DNA of 64,000 nucleotides from Sphaerodactylus townsendi (Eukaryota), in contig NC_059426.1 of the NCBI RefSeq assembly GCF_021028975.2, positions 139,934,001 to 139,998,000 of the forward strand, in the 5' to 3' direction. Positions 24,821 to 37,872 of this stretch are shown one piece after another (position 1 is the stretch's first letter; the number at the start of each line of letters is the position of its first letter). A model generated the notes under the pieces. It worked only from the letters and a program-made list of their open reading frames with translations. It had not been told where the DNA came from and made no database searches. Position numbers and translations under genes: made by a program.

Positions 24821-25501
24821 GTAAGCAAACTGTTGATTCTAGATCTTTAAAAATATTCAGTTTGTTTCACTATCATAAGCAAGGTTTGCCAAGAGAAGCT
24901 AATGGAAATCTCTGACAATTTTTAATGAGTTAATGCGGTTTACAATAGAGTATAAGTATTTGTACAATTGTTTTAGGCTAGGGATCTGCAAACTGCAGAT
25001 CTCAGGTCAATTGTCGTTCTTTAAGAAAGAAAATTAAAACTTCGTGTTAAGATTTGTTGGAGGGCTCCTGGAATAACTACTATGTGAAGGGAAGGGCATG
25101 AAAAGTATTTTATGAGTTTAAAGGACTTTGTAAAGATGCTTTACAAAAAGGTAAATGATAGAGGTGAACAGTTGCCAGTAATCCAAGTATGAACCATTCA
25201 CATATTTACTCCAGTACCCTAAAACAATCACTTAAAGAACTCTTGTATATATGTATTACTTACTATGAAACCTTGATGTGCCATCTCTTAATAAAGGACT
25301 TCCAACAACCAGTGTTTGGGCTGTAGAAACTTTATGGATTATTCATCAACATGTTAATTATCAGCAATGTTGAATTTATATTTTCAGTTATACAAACGAG
25401 CTCTCTTATACTGGATGTTTTTGACCTCTTGCTGATGTACTTTGGTTCTTAGATTATGAAAGGTTGCTGACCCTTGTCATAGTCTCTTTTGGTGTTACAA
25501 A

Positions 25502-26217
25502 GGCCGTTACTGCATGGCAGCAGAAGCAGCTGTCCACCGGCATAATTAATGCCAGTGGAGCCACAGGACCGTTTGCATGGTCTCATGCAGGTGGCCCCGA
25601 AGCTGCTGTGAACTGCACAGGCCACTCTGTTGAGCCGCCTCCGGTCTGTGTGTTTTGTTTACCTTGCCTTCTCTCCAAGGCTTCAGAGGGAGGAAGTGAC
25701 ATGCCCATACTGCCCTCTGACCCATGTGGGTCGGAGGGCAACATTGGCGTGTCCCTTCTCCCTCCAGAGCCTCAGAGGGAAGACAAGGTAAACAAAACAT
25801 GCAAACAGGCAGCGCCTGAAAACTGCGCCCTCATGCCAGTGCCCTTTGCGCAGCGCCAGCAGGAAGACACCGCTTTCCAAAAAACTCGCTCATGACAGCA
25901 GTGTTTTCCCACCGATTTGAGGGGGAGAACACGGCACTGCTGTGCTGCATCAGCGGCAGCTGTGCAAACATTGTCCCAGGGAAGGGAGGGGGAGGGGCAG
26001 TGGTGGGATTCAGCGGGTTCGCACCACTTCGGCAGAACCGGTTGTTAAAATGGTGCTTGTAAACAACCAGTTGTTAAATTATTTGAATCCCACCACCGGA
26101 ACCGGTTGTTAAATTATATGAATCCCACCACTGGGGAGGGGTGCCATGCAAGGGAGGGGAGGGAGAGGTGTTTTTACCATCCCTAGTGCACTGGTTTTGG
26201 GCTATGCAGAAACAGCC
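25502..26217. mobile_element. PIF/Harbinger-type element with an internal hairpin (25650-25800) and a nested hAT MITE
   Basis: Termini ggccgttactgcatggc ... gctatgcagaaacagcc, and an internal inverted repeat of about 75 bp. Confidence 0.7.
25998..26133. mobile_element. hAT MITE
   Basis: TIRs cagtggtgggattca ... tgaatcccaccactg and a perfect 8-bp TSD gggagggg. The right subterminal segment is internally duplicated. Confidence 0.9.
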
Positions 26218-26354
26218 ATAGAGATGTTTAAAATAAGGTGATGACAATGGATAATAATAAACAATCAAGTATGGAGAGTGTTCAGACTGGATGACATAAG
26301 GCAATATGGCAAAGGAAATTGTCTATACAATAAGTGTTACTAAGGCTTTAATGG

Positions 26355-26430
26355 CTGGCTGTTGTGGGTTTTCCAGATAGCCTAGAAAACTGTTGTGGGT
26401 TTTCCACATAGTCTAGAAAACCTACAACAG
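26355..26430. mobile_element. Penelope-like inverted terminal relic
   Basis: ctgttgtgggttttcca..atag.ctagaaaac occurs twice, closed by gaaaacctacaacag. Confidence 0.5.
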
Positions 26431-28275
26431 TGAGTTTACTAGAGAAGATTATCTATAAAACAAGTTCCAAAAAGGGTATAGAATGAATAGCTCTTGGTTA
26501 GAAACACAGGAAAAAATAATTCTTTGGTAAGTAGAAGAATGAGAGAGTTCTGTTATCTATCAATAATAGTCCTGGAGATAAAGAATACTAAATTTTAAGC
26601 TGTGCATTACAAATTATAACATTTGACATATTTATATTTCTGAACATGTTAATGAAGGTGATCATTTTAGAGAATTAAATCTGCTTCCATCTCTTTTCTA
26701 TCTTCTGAAAATTCTGATACACCACTCTACAGTAATAATTGTCACAAGTGGGAACCCACAAGGACTTGCAAGAGGCATCTCATTTCCCCCTCCTCCACAA
26801 TTTATTCATCTTTCCTGAAAGTCTCCATAGCTTCTTTCCTTTCCCGTTTCCTTCACCCCTTCTGACCCAACATTTAACATACATTTATCTGCCCCTTAAT
26901 CTTCAGCAGCCTCTACCTAGGAAATCTATTGCCCAGTTGTGTGGTGCCAGCCACTGAGCCAGGCCCAGTAGCATATTAGGGAACTCTGAAGGACTTGCCA
27001 GGAGGTACCTCACTGCCCCCTGTTTTTCCCTTCCTGCATTATTTCCTCTTTCCCTACTCCTGTTAACCCCCATATCCATGGCTCATTCTCTCCTCAACCA
27101 TTCACCAATCTTCCTTCTATCTGCCTCCTATCTTCAGCTTTATTTATTATTCATTTAGTTCTTTATTTGCACCTTTCTCCGCAGAGGCAACTATTACTCT
27201 CTTTCTTTTGATCTTCACAACAACACTGTGAGATTGGTTTGGGGTAAAAGTATACGATGGGCCCCAAATCAACCAGTGACCTTCCACAGCAAGATGGGGA
27301 TTTGAACCTGAGTCTAGCAGGCCCCGCTATGAAGCTTTAATTGCTTCACCATACTGGCTTTTATAGGATGGCTGTTGTTGAAGAGTAGCAAGCCACCAAG
27401 CCTAGTTGAGTCATGCAAGTAAGGTGATATCAAGTCACCTAAACCCTGTCTTACAAAGTGTGGTCAGTATTAGTTCAACAGAAGAGTATGTTTCCACAGT
27501 TGAAAAATAATCCCAAAGGACTAAGAGCAGGCGAGCAAATGGTGAGTTGTGGGGCAGGAAGATGGGCCCGGCTTGGAAGTGGCTTGGGAAGGCTGTTGCT
27601 GGGCCCAGCAGGGCAGCAAGTGGATGGGCGCTACTGCCCTGCCATGCCCAGCTTGTTCTTTGGGACAAGGGTAGGTTGGAGGGGAAGGAAGTGGTAGCAG
27701 ATGAAATCATAGTTCCACTTATATCTTTTTGTGAGACAGAGCATAGTGGTTGCTGTCAGGCCTGGCTCCAATGGTCTTCCCACAAAGGCTAAAACAGCCC
27801 TACAGAGGACCCTGCCTCTCTGCCTTTTACTTACAGAAACCAAACCTGGAATGCTGTGATTGCCTAGCAATGGCCACTGAGGGAATTCATTTGTTAAAGC
27901 TATAGGTGCTTCTTTTATCACTTGGGTTTTTTAAATATCCCCAATTTTTTTTTAGATTTTTCTACAACCCTGGTGGTTGTTCAGGGTTCAGAAAGATTGG
28001 TCTTGCCTGTTCACAGCTCCAGTCACCAGATTTAAGTATCCTCCTATTTGACTGACTTTGCTACTAGAATATTGTATGATTATAATTTATGAACGATGTT
28101 GTCATTGTGGTTATAATGTAAGCCGCTCTCAGCCCAACTTGTCCAGGAAGGGTGGTTTGTAAATATAAAAAAACTAAATAAAAATAAATATACAAGTGGG
28201 GACGCACAAGAGGGTGTATCCCATTTTCCTCCTTTGTTCATTTCCTTCATCCACTTTCTCTAACAGTTTTTCTCT

Positions 28276-28367
28276 CTGGGGTGTTGTGTGGTTTCCGGGC
28301 TGTATGGCCATGTTCTAGTAGTTCTAGTAACATGGCCATACAGCCCAGAAACCACACAACACTCCAG
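28276..28367. mobile_element. Penelope-like inverted termini forming a 92-nt hairpin
   Basis: 39-bp arms ctggggtgttgtgtggtttccgggctgtatggccatgtt / aacatggccatacagcccagaaaccacacaacactccag, with 2 mismatches. Confidence 0.65.
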
Positions 28368-29606
28368 TGATTGTGGCCAATTTTTCTCTCTTTCTTCCCC
28401 TCCCTTTATTTGACATGTACTCCATCTCTTTTGTCCAGCCTTTCTTTGTCAATCTACCCCTCCCCTTTTTCTCAAGCTGACCTGTTCCCCCACTTTCTCC
28501 TATACCCTTCTCTGTCAACCTACCCTTCTCAACTTTTTGCCCCCACTCCATCAACCTGCCCCCTTATGTCTTAATGTCAGTTTTAGGTTTCCTTAAGATG
28601 AATGACTTTACCTCAATTTAAAATATTGTCCATGCATATCTAAATTATATTGTAGGCCTGGTAAAGGGAACCAGTATTTCAAGAGACAGTATACTTTTGT
28701 CACACCTTTTTACTACCTTACATCATGTTTCTGCATCACTATTAGCACCCAATCTTCAAATGGTATGATCTGAAAATCATCCAAAAAGTTTTTATTAAGC
28801 TCATTTTAATGATCATTTTAATAATCTGGGTTCAGGTGTTTTCCTTGTTTGGTTTAGCTGAGTTTGGCATCTGTTGCTCAAAGCAATGTTGAGAGAAATT
28901 CACAGACAGGGCATTGGAACAGTGTGCTCTAACCTTCTGTCTACTCTGAATTGCTTAATCCTGGCTCTCTGCTTTGTCTACGGTAGCCCTTAATCCAAGC
29001 ATCATTTTGATCCCTAGATTTCTCTTCAGGCTAATTCCAGCTTTGCAGTACCGTCTTTTTCTCTCCTACAAATAGACTTCACGTCCTATTAATTTCCATG
29101 TTGGTTGGATGTTTATAACAAATTGCTTCCCCACCACCACCCAAAAATAGCTACCGGCACACATTTAAGAAGTATTAGTTTTCAGATTTATACAGCAAGT
29201 TACAAGAGAATATATTTATTTTATGCATTTATATACCACCTTTCTGGCATGGCATTGAATGTAATTTTCAACTGGAAATAACTGCCATATAATAGAGTTC
29301 TAAGAAGAAAGGGGAAGAGGAAGGCAAATCTGGATGCTCATTATTAGATAACTTACATAACTGTTCCATAATGACTATGTGGCAGTTATTCCCAGGCACA
29401 CTGTTTCATTTCGGATGCAGCAAAATGGAATGGAATCATTGCTTCAGCTGGACCAATACTTGCCTCCAACTAGCAAGTGTACTGGGAGCTTCATCTCAAA
29501 TACAAAGCATGTACTCTATTGCTGAGATGAGTGAATATAGCAAATGTCTGGTTGGATGAAAGTGTCTTTGTAGAACTGACCCATGATGTCTTGTTCCTCA
29601 TTATAG

Positions 29607-29739
29607 TTCTATTGAAAAGCAAGGAGAAGTTGCATCTGAGTTTGTGAATCCCTTTCATGTCACAGAAGACCTAAATAAGAAACAGGAGGTTGCATTCCTC
29701 TTAAAGGAGTTGGACATTCTAAAAGCAAACAATAAAAAG
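29607..29739 (+). CDS. MIPOL1: MIPOL1 coding exon, 133 nt (SIEKQGEVASEFVNPFHVTEDLNKKQEVAFLLKELDILKANNKK)
   Basis: AG/GT boundaries (ttatag|TTCT ... AAG|gtacaa). AFLLKELDIL..NKK is a characteristic MIPOL1 motif. Confidence 0.92.
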
Positions 29740-30586
29740 GTACAATAGAAATATTCAACTTTACTCACTGGTTTTGGTTAACCAGATAGAGCTATTATTT
29801 TATTAATGATTTGTTAATTTGTAGGGGCTTTTAGTTTGCATTGACCTTTCATTACTGGCATCACTGGTTATTTATACAAAGATATGAAGGCATATAAATT
29901 TTTGTCTTACTTGGAGAACCTTCGAATATTTGGCTTTCTCCACCACAGAACAAAGTATTCCAGACCTTCTTTGTTGAAGAATGTTCCGCCTGGGTCCTAG
30001 TGCCTACCTAGCCTTGCGTCCTCGCTCCCTCGCTCCCTCCCTCCCTTCCCCCAACCCCACCCCCTCATCCATTTGAAAGTTTGAATACAAATCCAATAAA
30101 TAAAATAATGCCCCAAATAATGGTTTTGACAAAGGCAATGTGCAAAAATGAATGATAATTCTCATTCTTGTTGGCAACTGTATTCTAGTGCAGAAGCATA
30201 CAGTTTTCTCAGCCCCTTCACCTCAACTGACAGAACTATCATCTTTCTGTGGAACAGAGTATAACTCATTTGATTATTGTTATATTCTATAATATATTGA
30301 GCTACTCAACTAGTTAGTAAATTCTTTTTTTCCTTCCCTCTTTGAGGGGTGCGCACTCTTTTAAATAAACTGTGAAGTATTGATCTTTTTAATGATATAG
30401 TCTTAGATGTAGCTGCCCACATACTGTAAATGTGAATTAAATATGGATTATAAATAAACATATTAATACTTGATGATCATATTGATGTTCCTTGTCTTGA
30501 TTTTGTAAATTGCAGTCAGGATACCTCTGCCCAAAATATTTAGATATTCCCAAGAATTTGTTCATGCTCGCTGAAAATTTGTCTTA

Positions 30587-30727
30587 GGCTCATTCCGCAC
30601 ATGCAGAATAATGCACTTTCAAACTGCTTTCAGTGCTCTTTGAAGCTGTGCAGAATAGCAAAATGCACTTGCAAACAGTTGTGAAAGTGGTTTGAAAACG
30701 CATTATTTTGCGTGTGCGGAAGGGGCC
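30587..30727. mobile_element. Palindromic PIF/Harbinger MITE
   Basis: TTA TSD on both sides; TIRs ggctcattccgcacatgcagaataatgc ... gcattattttgcgtgtgcggaaggggcc. Confidence 0.9.
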
Positions 30728-31034
30728 TTAGCTTCTCAAAAAGCAGTCTTTCATATATCATCAAAAACTGCCTTTGAAACCTTGCAGTTTCAGAAAAAAA
30801 ATTGCTACTTGGCATTACAGGGTAGTTGATTGAAAAGTACAAATAACTTCCCAGTCCCCCAAGAGTCCCATTTCATGGGATTTATTGCACATGAAGTAGC
30901 CTTATAGGAACCACTGGTCTGTCAAGATCATTGCTGTCTACTCTAACCGGCAGCAGTTCTCCAGGGAGTTAGGTGGAGGTCTTTCACATCACCTACTAAC
31001 TGATCCTTTTCAAGTGGAGGTTGTTAAACCAGCT

Positions 31035-31151
31035 CAGGGAACTACACTTCCCATCAGTTCTCTGTCAGCATGGCCAATTGGCCATGCTGGTAGGGGCTGA
31101 TGGGAATTGTAGTTCCTGAACATCTGGAGAGCCGCAGGTTCCCTACCCCTG
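31035..31151. mobile_element. 5'-truncated palindromic hAT MITE
   Basis: Central palindrome cagcatggccaattggccatgctg. Right TIR gagccgcaggttccctacccctg is identical to that of 45932-46377. Confidence 0.75.
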
Positions 31152-31713
31152 TGCTAAGTGTTTAATCTGGGATCTGCCCTGAATGAACCCCCTGCCCTAA
31201 ATCTTTGGGTTGTGGCCTGTGTGTTTGTCATCCTTGTCTATACATCGTCATTCCTCAGGCTTTATCTTTTTAATCTAAAATTTTGAAATTAAACTTGGCC
31301 ATACAGAACCATTTGAGTTTTTAGGGAAAATGAAAACAAATTCTAGTGATCATAGCTAAGTATTTGATTTGTTAGCAGGAGAGAGGTATACAAAAATACA
31401 AATTATCTCCTATGAGCCTCATTCCCCTTCTGCCTCTATCTGTCGCAGAGGTTTTCCTCTGCTGTGGCTCACTACCTCTGCCCCTAGCACTTCTGCATGC
31501 ATACAGGAACCTCAGTCTTATCCACAGGGATGTGCTAGTGGCACAGGAAATGAGTGTCACGTTGGAGGAAAGACTCTGCAGCAGCTGGAGAGATGCTTGA
31601 GAGGAACAAGGTCATAGGATCCAAATGTAAATGTATATTGTTGTTGTACGTTAATATAATGCCCATGCATTTCACATGTAGATGGCAACTTACTGTCTGT
31701 TTCTTCAATTCAG

Positions 31714-31819
31714 CTTCAAGAGAAGCTGTCTGAAAAGGATAAGGAGCTGAAGACTATAAAGCTGGACTTAGAACTGCATGGCAGAGCTGCAGAAGCCAAG
31801 ATTGCAGAGAGAGCTGCAG
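31714..31819 (+). CDS. MIPOL1: MIPOL1 coding exon, 106 nt (LQEKLSEKDKELKTIKLDLELHGRAAEAKIAERAA)
   Basis: ttcttcaattcag|CTT ... GCAG|gtatag. Coiled-coil matching MIPOL1 LQQKLAKEDKE...EAKIAEKTAA; phase 0 in, 1 out. Confidence 0.95.
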
Positions 31820-32582
31820 GTATAGTAGATGATCCTTTAACAGATGGCCATATGGTTTGTACTGTTGGTTTGGTTGCTATATGACGTGGCCTTAATGAAC
31901 ATTAGATATATTTGCTGAAGGAGGGACAGTTTGACTTTTTTATGCAAGGCTGTTTAAAGTTNNNNNNNNNNNNNNNNNNNNNNNNNNNNNNNNNNNNNNN
32001 NNNNNNNNNNNNNNNNNNNNNNNNNNNNNNNNNNNNNNNNNNNNNNNNNNNNNNNNNNNNNNNNNNNNNNNNNNNNNNNNNNNNNNNNNNNNNNNNNNNN
32101 GTTCTGAACAAACAAGGGAAATAATGATTATCACTGCCACTACCTTTCAGCCAGCAGTTCAAATACCTTCTTATTGTTTTAGCTTTCTTCAGAGCAATGC
32201 TACCCCCTCTTTCCAAAGACCTTTGCATGGAGATGCTTACATGTTCACTTCAGTTCTGAAGGTCGGGGAGGAGAAAGAGCAAAAATTGGAAGTTTGGTTG
32301 TTGAATTGGATGTGTGATGGGGATCAGAATTCTAAATAATTGCCATGTGGAAAACTTGTTAAATTTGAAACAGACTAATACTTTGGAAGGTTGTTGTGAA
32401 TTGTGTAGGTCCAGCATGCTAGAGATCTGTAATGCTGATAGCAAGGCAAGGTTTCCTTTTTAATTATTTCAAAGAAATATGAGAAGACATTACATCTTCC
32501 CATTGTAAAAGTTTGGGAGGGAATTATGTTGTGTTATATAGTAGAGTGCAAGATCAGACCCTTTTCCATATGCACTGCTTAC

Positions 32583-34572
32583 TAGGCTTGGCTATTTGGG
32601 AAGCCCAAATAGCCCGAATGGATTCGGGCCGAATTCTGTCAGCCCAAATCAAGCTGGATCTGAACCCATGTGAATGCCTGAACCCAAATCACGATTTGGG
32701 CATTCAGATGGGTTTGGGAGGGTTTAAAAGGCTTCTGTCCCTTTCAACAGTGCTTAACTTTCCCCCCAGAATTTGGCATGGATTGAGGGGGATTTAAAGA
32801 GCTCCCTTTAAACCTTCCTTTAAAGTGAGCTCTTTAAATCCCCCCCTCAAACCACGCCAAACTCCAGGGAAAAAGTTAAACACTTTTGAAAGGGACGGGA
32901 GCCCTTTAAACCTTCCTGATTCTCCTGAATCCATTTGAATTCCCATTGCCCGAATTGCAATTCAGGCATTTAGATGGTTTCAGGCTCTCTTTAAATCCAA
33001 CCCCGTTCATTGTGGATTGAGGGGGGAGGTGGATTTAAAGGGAGCCCAGACAGATCCCTGATCTCTAATCTCTGCTGAAAGTGGGATCATCCCTAATCTC
33101 TTTAATCTCTGATGACAGGGGGAAAGAAAGAATTGACTTCTCTCCTCCCCCCACTTTAAGCAGAGATTAAAGGAGAGATTCCTACTGTCCTTTAATCTCT
33201 GCTGAATGTGTGCATGGGAGAAGATGCATCACTTCTCTCCTCCCCCCCCCCCTTCCAGCAGAGATTAAAGGAGGTTCTCTGGCAGATTCCCTGCTCTCCT
33301 TTATTCTCTGCTGAAAGTGCGGGAGAAGTGACTTCTCCCCCACTCCCACTTTCAGGAGAGATTGAAGGAGAGCCAGATTCTGCCAGAGAATCTCCTTTGA
33401 TGTCTGTTTGAAAGGGGGAAGGAGAGAAGTGACTTCTCTTCTCTTCTTTTTCCCTGGAGTTCGGTATGGATTTGGTGTGGAATTTATAGGGGAGCAGCAG
33501 TGGCATAGTGGTTAAGAGCAGGTGTACTCTAATCTGGAGGAACCGGGTTTGATTCCCCACTCTGCTGCTTGAGCTGTGCAGGCTTATCTGGGGAATTCAG
33601 ATTAGTCTGTGCACTCCAACACATGCCAGCTGGGTGACCTTGGGCTAGTCACAGTTCTTCTGAGCTCTCTCAGCTCCACCTACCTCACAGGGTATTTGTT
33701 GTGTGCGGGGAGGGGAAAGGAGTTTGTAAGCCCCTTTGAGTCTCCTTACAGGAGAGAAAGGGGGGATATAAATCCAACTCTTCTTCTTCTCCCCCCCTTT
33801 TCAGCAGAGATTAAAGAAGAACAGGGATCTTAAAGATCTCTGCTGAAGATCTAAAGATCTCGGTTGAAAGGGGGAAAGAGAAGTGACTTCTCTTCTCCCC
33901 CCCTTTCAGCAGAAATTAAAGGAAAGCAGGGAATCTGTCAGAGAGTCTCCTTTAATCTCTACTGAAAGGGGGGATTTCTCTTCTCCCCCGCACAGTGATT
34001 AAAGGAGAGCAGGGATCTTAAAGATATCTGCTGAAGATGTAAAGATCTCTGCTGAAAAGGGGGAGGAAAGAAATGACCCCCCCAACTTTCAGCAGTGATT
34101 AAAGGAGAGCAGGGAACTTCAAAATATCTGCTGACGATCTAAAGTTCTCTGTTGAAAGGGGGGAGAAAATGTGACTTATCTTCTCTTGGTTCAAGAGGTG
34201 CAATTTTATGGACCCTCAAAAGGGTAGCCCTCATCTCCTATTAGCTTCAATTGGAAACAATGGAGGATGGGGTCACCACCTTTGGGGGTCCATAAAATTG
34301 GATCCCCTGAACTAAACTTCACCAAGCCTGGTGGTATCATCAGGAGCGTCTCCTGAAGATACCTTGAAATTTTGGTGCTACTAGCTTAAAAATTGCACCC
34401 CTACAGGCAAAAAAAACCCACTAGAAAAATGCAAAAAAATCAAATGAACCCGAATTTTTCAGTATATATTTGGGTATACCAAATCAAGAATTTGACTGAT
34501 TCAGCTATAACGATAATTTTACAGCCGAATCAAGCCGAATCTGAATTTAACCTAATTTTACTGCTCAACTTA
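32583..34572. mobile_element. Large non-autonomous DNA transposon (hAT-like TAG/CTA-type ends) with an internal inverted minisatellite and a nested SINE
   Basis: Ends taggcttggc ... gctcaactta, subterminal ccgaat repeats, and repeated cagcagagattaaagga / tttaatctctgctgaaa units (33050-34185). Segment 34188-34425 is homologous to 8830-9070. No clear TSD. Confidence 0.65.
33489..33790 (+). mobile_element. tRNA-derived SINE (Squam3-like), full length
   Basis: ggggagcagcagtggcatagtggttaagagc...gggtttgattcccc...(ctt)n; aligns with 8174-8456. Confidence 0.85.
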
Positions 34573-36619
34573 TACCACAGGTTTTCCTGGAAACTTACTG
34601 CTGTGTCTTCAAAATGTTTTCTGTGAAATCATTCTGCACCCCTCCATTCCCCCTGTAATTTTCCCCCTTGTCTCTGCAGTTACATTTATTCTACATACTA
34701 CTGCTGAAAATGTATTATTCCTGGCAGTGGTGGGATGTTATCTATGACGCAGAACAACAACCACCACCCCTTTTTGTTCTTTTGTGCAGGTGCTCTAGCA
34801 TTACTGTGCATTTACATTGAAGCAGCAATTCAAAAAAGTCTCCATCTCCATTTCCACCATCAAGAACTACCAACACAAAATGGAAGCAAAAAAACCAAAC
34901 ACCTTACTGAAGCGGGTGCCATTATGCAAACCCGCCCCCCCAAATAAAAAATGTAGCATTTAGTGGCAAGACTTGTTGTAATCAACTCATGTGGAAAAAA
35001 CCTAGGACCTGGGAAACCTGGGTTTATATCCCTGCTTTTCTGTGATATTCACTGTGTGGCCTTGAGCCATTCTCTCTCAGCCTAACCTTCAGAGGGTGGT
35101 TGTGATTATAGGGGGGTGGGGGAAACTACATACATGGCCATGGGCTCACTAGAGAAATGTGTGGATTATTCTCAGCAATATTAAATTCAGTATTAGGAAC
35201 TTTAAAATTAGCATTTTGCAGTGTCCCAATTTCTATGAATCCAGTAATTTATGTAGATGCATGCTTGAACAAGAGAGAAACTTGCTGATATTATGAGACA
35301 CACTGATCATTGTGGAACACTTTGGCAGAGCACTAAATATTTACAACACAAATTTTTAAAATTGTTTTAGAGGAAACCACATGGATTTTTTAAAAAATAC
35401 ACCTACCTAGATCATAGTTACATCTTGATTATCTACCAACTAAACATTTACAGTATGTGAACTGTTTGGATTAAATTCTAAGTTATATGTTTGTTTTGGA
35501 GATGTTTGCACAGTGTTTTACCTCTGTGTATATAATAGAATAGAGAAATATTTTATTCAACATAGACTTTCCTTGCTCACCAAAGGCCAAGGAAGAAAAC
35601 TGGATAAAAATTACATGTACCTTGACCTAGTGAGAGTATTTCATGTATAGAAATGGATACCTCATGACACATCACATTTTGTGGGCAACTGAGGTGGGAC
35701 ACAAATCTTGCACTTGAAGGGACTTATGTTACATCATTTGTCTGGCAAGTACTATGATGAAATTGATAAAATTTGCTCTATCAATACAATCCTCAAAAAT
35801 AGCATTATTCACATATTTGGATTGTTGGGTTCTTTGAGGTTCTTTTTTCTTCAGAAGATCATCTAATATCAGGGATTTTGTATGATTAATCAGTGTTAAT
35901 TGCTGCATTTCAACATATGCAAAAGAGAAGCTAGAGGTTTATAAGGTATTTATCACATTTACATTTCCTTTTTCTTTCAGTTANNNNNNNNNNNNNNNNN
36001 NNNNNNNNNNNNNNNNNNNNNNNNNNNNNNNNNNNNNNNNNNNNNNNNNNNNNNNNNNNNNNNNNNNNNNNNNNNNNNNNNNNNNNNNNNNNNNNNNNNN
36101 NNNNNNNNNNNNNNNNNNNNNNNNNNNNNNNNNNNNNGTTTTTTAACCTTCTGTGGGATAGCATTACAGTGGAGTATAATATAACAAGATGACATTATTG
36201 CAAAATGACATTAGAAAACCTTAGCATGGATTTTGAGGGGAGAGATCACATAATAATAAAAATAAGCTATCAATTTTACAAAAAAAAAAACACGAGTATG
36301 TATGCACAGAATTCAGGAGAAAATGTGACCCTGAGCATCTCCAGTGAAATTTTCATCATTATTATTTTGTAAAAGTTACATGTACCAATGAAGTTATGTA
36401 TGTACATAAGTTCAGACAGGAGCTTCTCTGGCATTTCTATTGAGGTTTATCACATTTCCAAAGAAACAGGTGACATGTGAAATTCAAAAGGTATGTTCAT
36501 TTCTGCAGTGCAGTGGACACATCAGTGGAACGTTCAGCTGTGTATTCAGCTTTCCGCAGCATATCTTCTGGTTACAACTTTTTTAGGCCACTGTTGATGT
36601 TTGGAGAGAAGTAAAGAGG

Positions 36620-37073
36620 CAGACAACCCCATACAAGGGGGGGGAGGGAATCTGCTTTGGGAGTGGTGCACCAGCCGTGCTGGCAGACTTTCCTTCTCCA
36701 GGGCATTTACCCCAGTGGAGGGGAGAATCTGATGGTGTGCAGCCACCACGAGGGAGGGGGGCTGCACTAGAAAGCAGCTGCACACTGCCCCCACCACAGG
36801 CTTAGTAGGGTTGGGCCAGTGCCATGGTCGGGGGAGGAGCCAACCTTAATCAGTTCCCTCCTCGCCATTCAGCATGCTGTGCTGGCAGGCCAGCATTCTT
36901 ACTCTACCCTTTTGCGTAGCATAAGTCTATGAAGCCCAGTGGGGGCTTCTTGCTGGCGGGGAGGCTGTCACACTTGTGCAACCTCACTGTGTTGCCAGGA
37001 AGCCCCTTGGGGAGCAGCAGGGCAGTGAAACCATGATACCACAGCTGGCTGCCTCGCTTTGTGGATGGGGCTG
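36620..37073. mobile_element. Degenerate GC-rich MITE with cag(c/a)caatcc-type ends
   Basis: cagacaacccca ... ggatggggctg. Similar degenerate elements at about 14540-15050, 52430-53500 and 55800-56200. Confidence 0.4.
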
Positions 37074-37872
37074 AGAGACATATGAGCAAACATATGGAGA
37101 ATTTCTTGTTGAAATTTTTTAAAACGCTCTACTAGTGATGATTCCTATCTGCAGCTGACAGATATAAAGGAAGAATACAAAGGTCTGGGAATCTAGTGTG
37201 GTTTTGGTGAATGAGGTATTGTACATAGGCATGGGAGACCTGCCTTTAAGTTTTATCTCACTCAAGGAGTTTAGAGAGTCGCTGTAGATTTGTCACAGCT
37301 CTTTGTGTGTGTTTGTGGGTTCAATAATGATTTGGTTCCTGCACAGGGGACTACCTTTACCTTTAAAGTGAAACAAGAGAGATTCAATACTTCCATGTTA
37401 AAAGATTCAAATCAAAATGAGTCAATGTTTTCAGTCCTTCATTTAAATTTTACACTGTGCATTTGGGCATCTATGTCTTATGTAAATCTCAAGGAACACT
37501 GGGAACTGTTACAGGATTTTTTTTTCTGTGGCCACTAGAGGCTGCTGTTCATATTCAAGTATTGTTGTTAGTGATTACTTTCTTGGTAGTAGTGCAGTTG
37601 TAGTTAAAGAAGGCAAAGAGGAATGTACTAAAGATGGTATTTTCATACTTGGGACAGTACAGTATTCTAAAAATGTAGAATGAGAAATCATTAAAGGTAT
37701 CTGAGGAAAGAACTGTTCAAAAATGCTGCTTAGAGGTGTGTGGGATGGGAGAATAACATCAATAAGCCTTGTGCTAAAATCGATGAACAAGAGTGACGGA
37801 TTCTTGGAGAGAAATGTTTTTGCAAAATAATATTTCCAAATTATTAGCCTACAAAGACCTGTCTAATAGTCG

